This document shows positions 11,949-23,117 of a stretch of 58,199 nt of DNA, piece after piece. Every line of letters begins with the position of its first letter. The first letter of the stretch is position 1. Origin of the DNA: Octopus bimaculoides (Eukaryota); assembly GCF_001194135.2 (NCBI RefSeq), contig NC_068998.1, positions 45,333,843-45,392,041 of the forward strand, written 5' to 3'. Under the pieces are notes generated by a model. It saw only the letters and a list, made by a program, of their open reading frames with translations. It was not told the DNA's origin and made no database searches. A program made the position numbers and the translations under genes.

Positions 11949-12035
11949 CTTCAGTTTTAATGTTGAACTTCTCTGTCTGTAAGGAATATTAAAGTTACTT
12001 TCATCAGATAGCAATTCTGTTTGTACAACACGCAT
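11949..12035 (-). CDS. Candidate internal exon (87 nt): MRVVQTELLSDESNFNIPYRQRSSTLKLK
   Basis: Acceptor TATATGTTTGTAG|, donor GAAG|GTGATG. Only one frame is open across the whole exon (phase 0 to 0), compatible with 15991 upstream and 10458 downstream. Confidence 0.45.
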
Positions 12036-12078
12036 CTACAAACATATAGCAATCAATGATATATATTAATGGTATATA

Positions 12079-12132
<54 letters not shown>

Positions 12133-12257
12133 GCACACACACATTTGCTCCATATTCTTTCAATCTTAACAGAAAAAAGATTTCATTACAGTTTCTTGTG
12201 AAAATGTAGCAAGTATGTTAAGATGATATTATACACATTTGTGTGCATTTGTGTGTA

Positions 12258-12300
<43 letters not shown>

Positions 12301-12650
12301 ACACACACATATATACACATATATATGTATATTTAGATATCTACATTTATATATATATATACACACACACACACATATATACACATATATTTAGATATCT
12401 ACATTTATATATAAATAATTTCAATATTAATAATAGAAGGGTAAAATTAATTAATTAATCAAGTTCCTATTTCTAAATTCGGTACATGGCGAAGCAATTA
12501 GCTGACCTCTTATTATAATTATGTTTATAATTATAGAATATTTTTACATATAAATATATATGTATATATATACATACATATATACATACATTCATACATA
12601 TGTGTATAGATGTATAAATTATTTTAGTTCTATAACACACACACACACAC

Positions 12651-12696
<46 letters not shown>

Positions 12697-14086
12697 NNNN
12701 NNNNNNNNNNNNNNNNNNNNNNNNNNNNNNNNNNNNNNNNNNNNNNNNNNNNNNNNNNNNNNNNNNNNNNNNNNNNNNNNNNNNNNNNNNNNNNNNNNNN
12801 NNNTATATAAATCTTCATTATACAAGTAAAAAAAAAAATACTATTCAATGAAGTACTGAATGCACATGATGTTGTCAAGTTTAATTACTACACTGGTTGT
12901 ATGACTGAATGAACCATCGTAAGTTGCTACACATACACACATACAAAAAAAAAACACTACACATGAACTACCAAGTTGCTGCCAGTGAAAATTTGAAGTT
13001 AGTGTCACTTTGATAAATTATGTACATACACACATATATTTCATGCAGGTATATATATATATAGTTAAACATGCATGAACACACATACTTGTTTGTGTTT
13101 ATTTATATATGTATACATGTGTGAATGTTTGTATGTAAATAATTAAATGCTTCTCCACTAGTTTCAGTGCTGAATGTTTTGGGGACACATGTACCCTTAA
13201 CATAAATTTTAGAAAAATGCAGCATGTCATAAAGTGTGGCAAGACCGTCCCTTTAAATTTCAGGCCCAGTTCCCAGTGTCTTCATCCCAATTACATTCAT
13301 AAGGGCAATAAGGGTGGAGCACTACTTGAAATTATATTAAAATGTACTTTCCCCAAGATGTCACCTGTGGTAGTCAAACTTAGAACAACAGGATTCTGAA
13401 GTAAACTTCTTCACCACTCAGCTATGCTGCGGCCAGGTGTGCAAATACACAATAATGAAGAGTGTACAAAAACAAAAAAACCCACAAAACTTTCTAATTT
13501 ACCATTCTGCATTATCGTTTATTTTTGTTTTGGCTAAATTGTAGCCTATATATCTATGTCGGGGGAATATTGAAGACGTTATCATCACTTGTAAATTTTT
13601 TCATTAATATTTGCCATTTATGGTCTGTTTATAATTGCACTCATTAAACATACATTGCAGTACATAAACAAGAGAAATAAAAAGCAAGGTGCACTATGTA
13701 ATTTATATACTTTATAGCTATTTTTATTTATCTATTTATTATTATTTTTTTTGTGGTGCCAAAGAAAAAAAAATTACATGAGAACTTTTCAGCAAATTAC
13801 AGAGCTGTGTTTTTGATAGTGAAAAATATGGTGTAGAAAAATACATGAATGATTGTAAGGTATCAGTGAAGTTTATTAAAGCTGAAACATTACACTTGTT
13901 AAGGTATATATTTCTCTTTATAGTATGTAAAAAAAACCCACACAAATGTATTTTAACAAGTTTAGATTTCATGCAGAATATAAAGACTTCAAGTTATGAT
14001 CAGACCTTACTTTTATGGTAAATGGATTTATCCTCGTCAGTAAATTATCCAGAATGTGTGTAGAAGTTGATTATTCGTTTAATTTC

Positions 14087-14137
<51 letters not shown>

Positions 14138-14140
<3 letters not shown>

Positions 14141-14525
14141 GTTTCGAATTTTGCCACAAGGCCAGCTATTTTAGGGGAAGGGATGTGTCAATTTGAACTC
14201 TGAATGTAGCAGCAGACAAAATACTGTTAAGCATTTCGCCCAGCGTTCTAATGATTCTGCCACCTTGCTGCCTTAATAATAATAATAATAATAATAATAA
14301 TTATAATAATAACCCTTTTTACTATAGGCACGAGGCCTACAATTTGGTGGGGAGGGGTTAAGTTGATTATATCAACCCCTGTACTCAAAAGGTAATTTAT
14401 AAGCCCCAAAAGGATGAACAGCAAAGTCGACCTCAGCAGAATTTGAACTCAAAAAGTAGCAGCAGATGAAATGCAGCTAAGCATTTCATCCAGTATTCAA
14501 ATGATTCTGCCAGCTTGCCACCCTA
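14138..14525 (-). mobile_element. Two family-B SINE copies separated by (AAT)n
   Basis: Reverse complement of family B (ATTTGAACTC, GATTCTGCCA..TTGC.GCC), bounded by (AAT)n at 14087-14138 and 14274-14311. Confidence 0.85.
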
Positions 14526-14872
14526 ATAACAATACTGAGACCCCCTTCGGTCAAGACTGACCATGGGATTGCCCCTAGAAAGTAACCCTCCCAGGCACAA
14601 GTCCGGACAAGGTTGTTTATGGAAGACCAGCAGTCGCCCATGCATAGCAGCCTCTCCTCCCCATGCCACTGATGTTATCCAAGGGAAAGGCAAGGGCCGA
14701 TACAGCTTGGCACCAATGACGTCACAACTCATTTCTACAGCTGCAAGAATTTGAGGAACGTGAAATAAAGTGTCTTGCTCAAGAACACAACACGCAGCCC
14801 GGTCTGGGATTCGAACTCACAACCTCACAACTGTAAGCTCGATGCTCTAACCACTGAGCCATGTGCCTTCAC
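14526..14872 (-). mobile_element. Full-length tRNA-derived SINE (family D)
   Basis: Minus strand begins GTGAAGGCACATGGCTCAGTGGTTAGAGCATCGAGC...GAGTTCGAATCCCAGACCGGGC (A and B boxes), followed by a GC-rich body. Confidence 0.9.
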
Positions 14873-14892
14873 ATAATAATAATAATAATAAT

Positions 14893-15070
14893 AATCCTTT
14901 GTTACTAAAGGCACATGGCCAAAATTTGACTGGTACTTAATTTATCGACCCTGAAAGGATGAAAGGCAAAATCAACTTCGGCGGAATTTGAACTCAGAAC
15001 ATGAAGTCAGATGAAATGCTGCTGAACATTTTGTCCTGCATTCTAATGATTCTGCCAGCTCGTCACCTTT
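14893..15070 (-). mobile_element. Family-B SINE
   Basis: ATCGACCCTGAAAGGATGAAAGGCAAAATCAACTTCGGCGGAATTTGAACTCAGAAC; flanked by (AAT)n. Confidence 0.85.
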
Positions 15071-15990
15071 ATTATAACAACAACAACAATAATGATAATA
15101 ATAATAATGATGGTGATGATGATGATATGATAATGATAATAATTGAAGGGTCATCTTTGGCTTGGGGTCTGAGAAATTAAGAAGAGGAAGTGAGATCCAC
15201 TCAGCTGCCCTCCACCTTAAACTTTATTCATTCTCTCATGTTTTGTCTCATATGTTGTTCACTTCCAGTGTCTTTCCTAGTATTATTTAGTGTGTTTTGA
15301 ATATTTAACACGGTAAATGTTTCAAGTACCACAATGCAGGATAATTAGCATAAACTTATAAAATTAACTGCAATTTATTCATAGCCATTAATGAATTTCA
15401 GAATATCACACTAGAAAAACTCATTAAATTGGTTCAGTATTTACCAGATTCCTTTGATGCCATTAAAGTTAAATCATGTTGTTTCTTTAATCAACTTCTT
15501 GACATGTAAGATGTATGTTACCAGAATATTTATTACTTACTTCCAAGTTGGCCAAGTTTATTTCCAGTGTACAATTAACTTGTGTACCACATCACCTCAT
15601 TTGTTTTTGTTTTTCTATTTTCGTTATGTCTGACTATTTCATCAACAGCATAAACACTTCTTCAGATTGTTTCCTTATTTCCTGAACCTTAAACACTATC
15701 ATGTTCACTCAACTTAATAACATTGGTGTTATTTTGGTTATTTTATATTCAGAACATTAATACCATTTCTTCATGTAATATATACATGGAAGCTTGGATG
15801 TATATCCAACATGCAGAAGAATATGAGAAGATATGTGAAATATAACTTGTTTAGCTCTATCTAAATAGTGTCCAATGAGGAATTTATTTCTCTTTTAGTT
15901 TACCAGAGGTAAAAATCAGTTCCTACCATGTGAACAATCACTTATGATCAACAACAAAATGACACTCAATCATTTCACTTATGTATATAC

Positions 15991-16037
15991 CAGATGCTGA
16001 AATTCTTCATCAAATCTCTTTTGTTGCGCTCTGTAAA
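15991..16037 (-). CDS. Candidate internal exon (47 nt, or 40 nt from the alternative acceptor at 16030): xYRAQQKRFDEEFQHL
   Basis: Strong acceptor CTGTTTTCTCTAG|, donor CTG|GTATAT. Charged, helix-like translation. The phase-0 end joins 12035 in frame. Confidence 0.45.
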
Positions 16038-16141
16038 CTAGAGAAAACAGACCCCTTCAAAAGTGTTATATCTGTTAAAAGTAAACCAGCAGCTTGTTTC
16101 AAATGTTTCTTTTGATTTCTTCACTGAGATTAAAACATTCC

Positions 16142-16177
<36 letters not shown>

Positions 16178-16179
<2 letters not shown>

Positions 16180-16229
16180 CACCATTTGAGTGTGATCGTT
16201 ACCAGTGTCGCCTTCCTGGCACTTGTGCC
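16178..16229 (+). mobile_element. 5' piece of a family C element running into an N-gap
   Basis: CACCATTTGAGTGTGATCGTTACCAGTGTCGCC...CTTGTGCC resembles the subunits at 47400-47720. Confidence 0.6.
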
Positions 16230-16542
16230 NNNNNNNNNNNNNNNNNNNNNNNNNNNNNNNNNNNNNNNNNNNNNNNNNNNNNNNNNNNNNNNNNNNNNNN
16301 NNNNNNNNNNNNNNNNNNNNNNNNNNNNNNNNNNNNNNNNNNNNNNNNNNNNNNNNNNNNNNNNNNNNNNNNNNNNNNNNNNNNNNNNNNNNNNNNNNNN
16401 NNNNNNNNNNNNNNNNNNNNNNNNNNNNNNNNNNNNNNNNNNNNNNNNNNNNNNNNNNNNNNNNNNNNNNNNNNNNNNNNNNNNNNNNNNNNNNNNNNNN
16501 NNNNNNNNNNNNNNNNNNNNNNNNNNNNNNNNNNNNNNNNNN

Positions 16543-16583
<41 letters not shown>

Positions 16584-16820
16584 CAGAACATATAAAAATA
16601 ACATATTATTCACTCATAGCTTCCTTGACATTCCCTTTATCAACTCTCTTAAACATCTTATTTCTCACATTTCATTAACCTAAACACTTTACATGAAGAT
16701 GATCTTAGGTTTAGACCAACTGAGAGGTACCTTGGGTCAACTCTCCTGGGTGGAAGTAATAGACAGAAACATGTGTTTGCATATATATGTTTACACATAC
16801 ATACATTCACATACGTATAC

Positions 16821-16845
16821 CTATATTCAATGATATCTTTGTCAA
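16821..16845 (-). CDS. Candidate 25-nt microexon: xDKDIIEY(R)
   Basis: Acceptor TTAGTTTTGTCTCAG|, donor TATAG|GTATAC. Joined to acceptor 16030 it reads DKDIIEYRAQQKRFDEEFQHL. Boundaries uncertain. Confidence 0.25.
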
Positions 16846-17983
16846 CTGAGACAAAACTAAGAATCTCCCCATACTATACCATTGATGTACTCATCTATTC
16901 TTCACTTATAGATTTGTCCTTCGGCCTAGTTTTCTGTTTCACCATCTTAAACACATCTCTTGCTCCAGTGCCTGATGAAGCCCTCAGATGAGTGTGTGTC
17001 TGTGTCTGTGTGTTTATTGTCTAGCATTGTCTTGGACTACCAACTCCTGATGGAAGCATAAGATCACCTTGTGATATATGGCATGTCTTTGGCAACTTTT
17101 AGACCTAAAAGAACCACCCCGCTCCAAGTGCAACAACAGCTAATTTCTTCCAGGAGGGGATACAGGCCAAAAGAAAGGGAAGGAAAAGGACTGGTACTTT
17201 ATTTATCAATTATCAATTCTAAAAAGATGGAAGGCAAAAGGAGAACTCAGCTCTATTTGAACTCAGTGTGTCGAGAGTAGAATCAATTACTTTAAGACAA
17301 TCTCTCTATATTCTAATGACTCAGCTCATTCACTGCCTTGATTTACCTGGGGGGGGGGGGGGTGTGAAGTGGGGAATGAAGATGTTATTTCCACTTCTTT
17401 GTATTAGATTCTTTGAGCAAAAAAACAAAAAAGACAGTGTTGCCACATTTACATTCCTAGTGAACATTGCATCCCATAGCTCTGTGCTCTCAGAGTAGTA
17501 AAAAGTCCCTTGCTTGTGAAGCAGCTCAGGGATGCAACACCATCCAGCCATAATACACTGAATCAAATCATTCCCCCATTCTATCATATCAACAAGACGG
17601 ATTAGGTGATTATTGACATAAAGGGAAAAAAAAATGAATGGATAGCAAGGATGTAGATTTGAGTGAATGTCAAGACCATGTAAATCTGCAATTCCTTAAT
17701 CAATTTAAAACCATATCTCATTATTATTCAGAATCACTGTCAGCACTGTAATTATAGCTAATAACAAATGATCTCACTTAACAAGCCAAGGGAGCCTCCA
17801 CACCACTGGTTGATTGCCAAATCATTTTCAAATTACACCTGGTTTTTTTTGTTTCTTTTTAAAAAAGGACGCATATGATGATGTGTCCTATCTTTAAACA
17901 CCATGTTTTTATGTCACAGATACAGTTAAGCTTGGATATATATTTAACCAGTGTGAAAATAGGTCTGTGAAACATAGTTTGTG

Positions 17984-18218
17984 TAGCAAGCTGGCAGAAA
18001 CGTTAGCATGCCGGGCGAAATGCTTAGCGGTATTTCGTCTGCCGTTACATTCTGAGTTCAAATTCCACCGAGGTCAACTTTGCCTTTCATCCTTTCGGGG
18101 TCGATAAATTAAGTACCAGTTACGCACTGGGGTCAATATAATCGACTTAATCCCTTTGTCTGACCTTGTTTGTCCCCTCTGTATGTAGCCCCTTGTGGGC
18201 AGTAAAGAAATAAGAAAC
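17984..18218 (+). mobile_element. Young family-B SINE, TGTC-type 3' variant
   Basis: CpG-rich AAGCTGGCAGAAACGTTAGCATGCCGGGCGAAATGCTTAGCGG...TGTTTGTCCCCTCT...AAAGAAATAAG. The same variant lies on the minus strand at 22905-23117 and 37545-37728. Confidence 0.9.
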
Positions 18219-19298
18219 ATAGTTTGAGTAAGTCTAATTTACAAAAATGTCAAATTAGAATGTAATCCTTTTCTTTTTCTTTTTATTGTATCTAAAATTA
18301 TTCCAGATAAACTCGGAGAAGATCAGCTACTGCAAACTCAATCATAGACCAACTTCTTGCCATAAAGTGATAACAAAACCAATAGAAAATAAGTTAATGT
18401 AGTGCTCCAGCATGGTCACAGTCCTATGACTGTGACCATTAAAAGAATAAAAAGTAAATGTTGGTTTAGATACATTATGTATGAGAAAAATTGGAGGATT
18501 ACAAATGAAATGTCTTTGAACATAAGTTTTCTCAGTAAGAGCCAACATGTCTCAAAAATTATTTTGCAAGATCTTTTTTACATGTTAAACCATAGAAAAA
18601 GTGTTAGGTCTGCAGAGTGGCTATTTCTCTTCATGCAGCAAAGAACAATGTTTGTTGAAGGTGATATTAATTAAACAAGCTCATTAATTTTCCTTGAATT
18701 TGTATAGCATAACAGAGTTTATAGATATATGTTTGGGAAGGAAATTCTAGTGTAAAGTAATTTAAATGTTCATTATTGAATTCTAGAACTTTCCACTAAG
18801 TAAATAGCCAACACATTTGGAGGGTTAATTAGATTTATAAGTTACCATTTGCTTACTTTGTTATTCCATTAGTTCTCTAATTCCTCCAGCTTGTTAAGAG
18901 TTAAAATTAGGTTGTTAGCATTTCTTGTATGTATTCATCTGATGGACAGTCATTACATCATCATAGACTGCTGTTCCTGTCTTTATTTTGTTGAATAACA
19001 AAGACAGGGACAATAAACTCACAGTGTCTTATTGGTGACTACAATAAATACATTTAATATACTTCTATTCTTTTTTTTTTTTTTTGATATCAAATAGAAC
19101 AAGATTTCCAGCATAGTTTTAATGAGTCTTTAAGTATTTTAGAAACATTCCTGGCAATTTCAGTTCTTGGTGTTAAGTTGTATCATCATTAAGTCATTTT
19201 TACTTCATCTTTTTTTTCAGAAGTAAAATGAAATGATTACAGACATGGCCAACTGCCTCAATTGTCTGTGAGGGTGTGTATTATGTACTTGGGAATAG

Positions 19299-19622
19299 TG
19301 AAGGTGTGTGGCTCAGTGGTTAGGGTATTCAGCTCAGGATTGTAATGTCCTGAGTTCAATTCCCAATGGCACTGTGTGTCCTTGAGCAAGTCACTTTATT
19401 TCACATTGCTTCAGCTCACTCAGCTGGTAAAAAATGAGTAGTACCTGTATTTCAAAGGACCAGCCTTGTTACATTCTGTGTCATGGTGAACCTCTCGGAG
19501 AACTATATTAAGGGTACATGTGTCTGTGGAATACTCAGTCACTTGCACATTAATTTCATGAGCAGGCTGTTCCATTCATCAGATCAAGTGGGATCCTCAG
19601 CATCGTAACTGATGAGTGCCAG
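19299..19622 (+). mobile_element. Older tRNA-derived SINE: family-D-like head/core with the 3' half of the 51443 family
   Basis: GGCTCAGTGGTTAGGG...GAGTTCAATTCC...GTCCTTGAGCAAG...TTTATTTCACATTGCT, then GAGAACTATATTAAGGGTACA..TGTCTGTGGA...TTAATTTCATGAG.AGGCTGTTCC as at 51698-51830. Confidence 0.85.
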
Positions 19623-20149
19623 TTTTTTAGGGTTTTTTAAAACTTGGCAATACATTTAATTTTACATGCCCCAGCTGCAGCTATTAGAAATATGTAACAT
19701 ACTAATATTAACTGAGACAATCTTATATCCTGTTTAATCCCATGAAATCAAAGTTAGATAGTGTTTCATAAAATACTGTCAAGGTTTAGGATTTATGTGT
19801 ATTAGTGTTCTGTTAATCCCAGGTTAGTATTTTTTCATCAACACTCCAATTTCTAACATCCTAACATCTTTAATAATAAATAATTCACATCTTTTTGAAG
19901 TGAACAATTTGAATAAACATATATGTACACACCCTTACTCACATATTTTAATTAAGCTAATCAGTTGTCATCAGAATAAATGGGTTAGTCATCAACAATC
20001 AAAATTAGCTGATAATGAAAACTTAAATATTTTGACTTTGTTTTTTTAATATTCAGTTTTTATGAATTTAAATGTTGTTTGTTCATTTTACCTACCATTA
20101 TAGAGTAGAAGTTTTTGTGTTGAACTTACAGATATGAAAAGGAGTATGT

Positions 20150-20640
20150 ATCAGATTAAACAGAGGAAATACATATACATGTTAGGTGAAAATAGGAATA
20201 CAGGTAAATGGCAGGTGAAAATAAGGAATATAGGTATATGTCAGGTGAAAATAAAAAATATAGGTATATATCAGATGAAAATGGTGAATGTGGATACATG
20301 TCAAGTAAAACTAAGGAGTATATAGGCATCAAATCATTATCATCATCGTCAATTCTTTTTTTTTTCCATGATACAAAATGAGTGTTACCTTTTGTAAGAA
20401 TTGTCTCTTAATATTCTCAGGTGAAAATAAGGTATGTAATTGTATGGCAGGTGAAAATGATGACTGTGTGTCAGGTAAAAATTGGGAATACAGGTATGTA
20501 TCAGGTGAAAATGGTGAATGTGGGTAGGTATCAAATGAAAGTAAGGAATTTTGAGAATCAGGTGTAAAGGATATGGATATATGCCAGCCGAAAATGATAA
20601 ATATGGGTATATGGAAGGTGAAGATGGTGAATATATTACT
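20150..20640 (+). repeat. Degenerate 30-bp minisatellite in two blocks (about 20150-20325 and 20417-20636)
   Basis: Consensus TCAGGTGAAAATAAGGAATATAGGTATATG; CAGGTGAAAAT recurs about every 30 nt. Confidence 0.85.
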
Positions 20641-20825
20641 TGTAAACACTTGAATTCAAAGCAAATTTCAGAAATTGAGTTTTCCAATATTATATTTATT
20701 TGTGTATCAGAAACTGGGAAAGAACACTGCTCATGGAGTTTGTTTTTTTTTTATGATTAATGTGGTGAACAGTAGTGGTTGGAGAACTTCAATGTGATTT
20801 TCGGCATCCAGTGGACAGTGGCAGT

Positions 20826-21095
20826 TTATCTTTTATCTTTTACTTGTTTCAGTCATTACACTGTGGCCATGCTGGAGCACTACTAGCTTGGAGAATTTCT
20901 TAGTTGAATGATCCAACTCCAGTACATTTTTAATATATACAATAGGCTTCTTTTAGCTTCTATCTACCAGATTCACTCATAAGGCTTTGGTCAGCCCAAG
21001 GCAATAGTAGAAGACACTTGCCCAAGATGTCACACAGTAAGTCTGAATCTGGAACCATGTTGTTTGGGAAGCAAGCTTCTTACCACGCAACCATG
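20826..21095 (-). mobile_element. Diverged family-A SINE, internally deleted
   Basis: TTTTACTTGTTTCAGTCATT...GGCCATGCTGGAGCAC and AAGGCTTTGGTCAGCCCAAG...GACACTTGCCCAAG as in 5393-5818. Confidence 0.8.
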
Positions 21096-21104
21096 TCTGT
21101 TTGG

Positions 21105-21400
21105 TTGTATTCTATGCAGGTAACATCTTTTGGCAGGTCCAACTTTCTAACTTTATGGAGACTTGCTGAAAGTTAACGAGAAGATCAGGCAAAGACAGTT
21201 GTGCCAACCTGAACTGGAAGCATGCAAATCAGTTTTGTGGAACCTACTTCATGGTGATGATATAAAAAGAGGAAAACATTGTCACACTTACATCAACAAC
21301 TTGATTGCTGACACTGGCCTGGAATGCATCTAGGACCTCGAGGCAGTGATGATGGATTGAGAAGTAACTTTATTGTTGTGGCCCAGATTGGAGCCTGGCT

Positions 21401-21443
<43 letters not shown>

Positions 21444-21445
21444 CA
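21105..21445 (+). mobile_element. Decayed RTE-X-like LINE 3' end with (TAA)n tail
   Basis: Pieces translate NIFWQ / LYGDLLKVNEKIRQRQL / SVLWNLLHG / RGKHCHTYINNLIADTGLE, matching the RTE-X C-terminus (W...LYG.LP..S.KIR.RRL...LVLW.P.HG...GRP..TYID.L..DTGL). Stops and frameshifts present; (TAA)n at 21402-21440. Confidence 0.75.
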
Positions 21446-22339
21446 ATATCTGGTAGCCAGTGGTGGTCAGATGAACATCAGTGCTTTTAATATAGAAGTG
21501 GAATTGTTGGTTGTTAAGAGGAAATTCCAGTAGGATGCAATCTAGGGGGAAAAATGATTAACAAAAATGTTAAGTGAAGTTCAAGGAGGAAAAGCTTTGT
21601 GGTAAGAAGTGGAAGTACAGAAAGGTGGAAGCTTGTATATTAGGTTGGTGTAAGTAAAATTAGCATAGAGTTGGGGAATTCAGAATCATAGAGATTGGTG
21701 TATCAATGGTTAGAAGAGACAGTGTAGAATGTGAGTTTCTTTCTAATTATGTAACTGAAAGTAGGCACCGTTTGGAGTTGACAAGTAAGTGGTTAGTGTT
21801 AGGAAAGGTGAACAAATTTGTTCCAATAGTTCACATACTAGTTATAACTAGATCTGCAGGATTTGATAACATTCCTGTTAGTAAAATACAAATTATATCT
21901 GTGTCTTCAGTGAACCTTTCATTGACCTGTTCAACCACTGTTTGAGTTTGTATATCCAGCGAGGATATTTATCTATGGAATACATACAGAGAAATAAAAG
22001 GAAAACTTCACAGTGCTCCAACAGAATTATTTAAACATTACCTTAGCAGAGAGATTTATCGTCATTGTTGTTGTTGTTACTGCTATCCATATGCCATCAG
22101 ATATAACTTAAACTGATGTCCCCCAACCTACCTCCATCTTTATCAGTAACCATTTTACACCATCTCTATCAAAACCATGCCTACAAGTTCATGGTTAGTC
22201 ATCTGAACCTTTCTTGATAAGTCAGCTAAAAATTAGATTGTAACCAAAGAGATGCCATTTTAAATGCAACAAAGAATTTCACTGTGGAATATTTGCATTG
22301 AACAGACTGAGTGATTATGCAAAAACTCTCCTATATGGC

Positions 22340-22475
22340 CATACTGATTAAAAAGTTTGCTTCACAATCATGTGATTTATTTTAAGATCAATCCCATTGT
22401 GGGGCACTTTATGCAAGTATCTTCGATCATAGCCTGAGGTTGACTCAAGTTTTATGAGTGAAACTGAAGAGAAAC
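22340..22475 (+). mobile_element. Highly diverged family-A SINE head
   Basis: AAGTTTGCTTC.CAATCATGTG...TCAATCCCATTGTGGGGCAC.TTATGCAAGTATCTTC...ATAGCCTGAGG. Confidence 0.55.
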
Positions 22476-22508
22476 TAATTCCATGGAAGCAAATTGCAAG
22501 TTCTTCAG

Positions 22509-22572
22509 TAGTAGATTTGTTGCTTAGTAGATTTGTTGCTTAGTAGATTTGTTTCTTAGTAGATTTGTTGCT
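22509..22572. repeat. 16-bp tandem repeat, 4 copies
   Basis: (TAGTAGATTTGTTGCT)4 with one substitution in copy 3. Confidence 0.95.
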
Positions 22573-22904
22573 TGGTTTTACAAATGTTTGAATCAAGTTT
22601 CTGGTGTAAAGATAACCCTAAGACTTGTTTTCTTTCTCTCATCCATCACAGATCCACTGCAAAAACACAATGGGCAATTCCGTTTTTCATCTGGCTAAGT
22701 TGTAAAACTGCTCCGCCCCTGGGTGGAGCGCAACTGTGATGATTCACAAATGATTATTGTTTTTTTTGTTTTTTTAATATATCTTTTAATCTGGAGAAAA
22801 ATTAGTGCCCATGGGTTTTTGCAGGGTCTTGAGACTGGTGGGAGAAAAGGAAGAAGTTGTCCTCAAACTGGAGGCCTGACCCAAATGCTTACAAAGAGAA
22901 GATT

Positions 22905-23117
22905 TTGGGGCTAAACATAAAGGGGACAAACAAGGACAGACAAAGAGATTAAGTCGATTACATCGACCCTAGTGCATAACTGGTATTTATTTAATCGACC
23001 CCGAAAGGATGAAAGGTAAAGTTGACCTCGGCAGAATTTGAACTCAGAATGTAGCGGCAGACGAAATACCGCTAGGCATTTCACCCGATGTGTTAATGTT
23101 TCTGCCAGCTCACCACC
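22905..23117 (-). mobile_element. Family-B SINE (TGTC-type)
   Basis: Reverse complement of 17984-18218. Confidence 0.9.

Noticed and set aside
13544-13594. Minus-strand DDNVFNIP resembling DESNFNIP in the 12-kb exon (possible duplicated exon)
   Set aside because: Very short match, in-frame stop soon after, and no GT donor.
315-16683. ORF-track entries rich in YI/CV/TH repeats or X runs (here and throughout the window)
   Set aside because: They are translations of (TA)n, (CA)n and (GA)n microsatellites and N-gaps, which lack stops in some frames.
20551-20760. Reflectin-like appearance of YGYMPAENDKYGYMEGEDGEY
   Set aside because: Lacks the M/FD(X)5MD(X)5MD reflectin motif; it is part of a frameshifted minisatellite.
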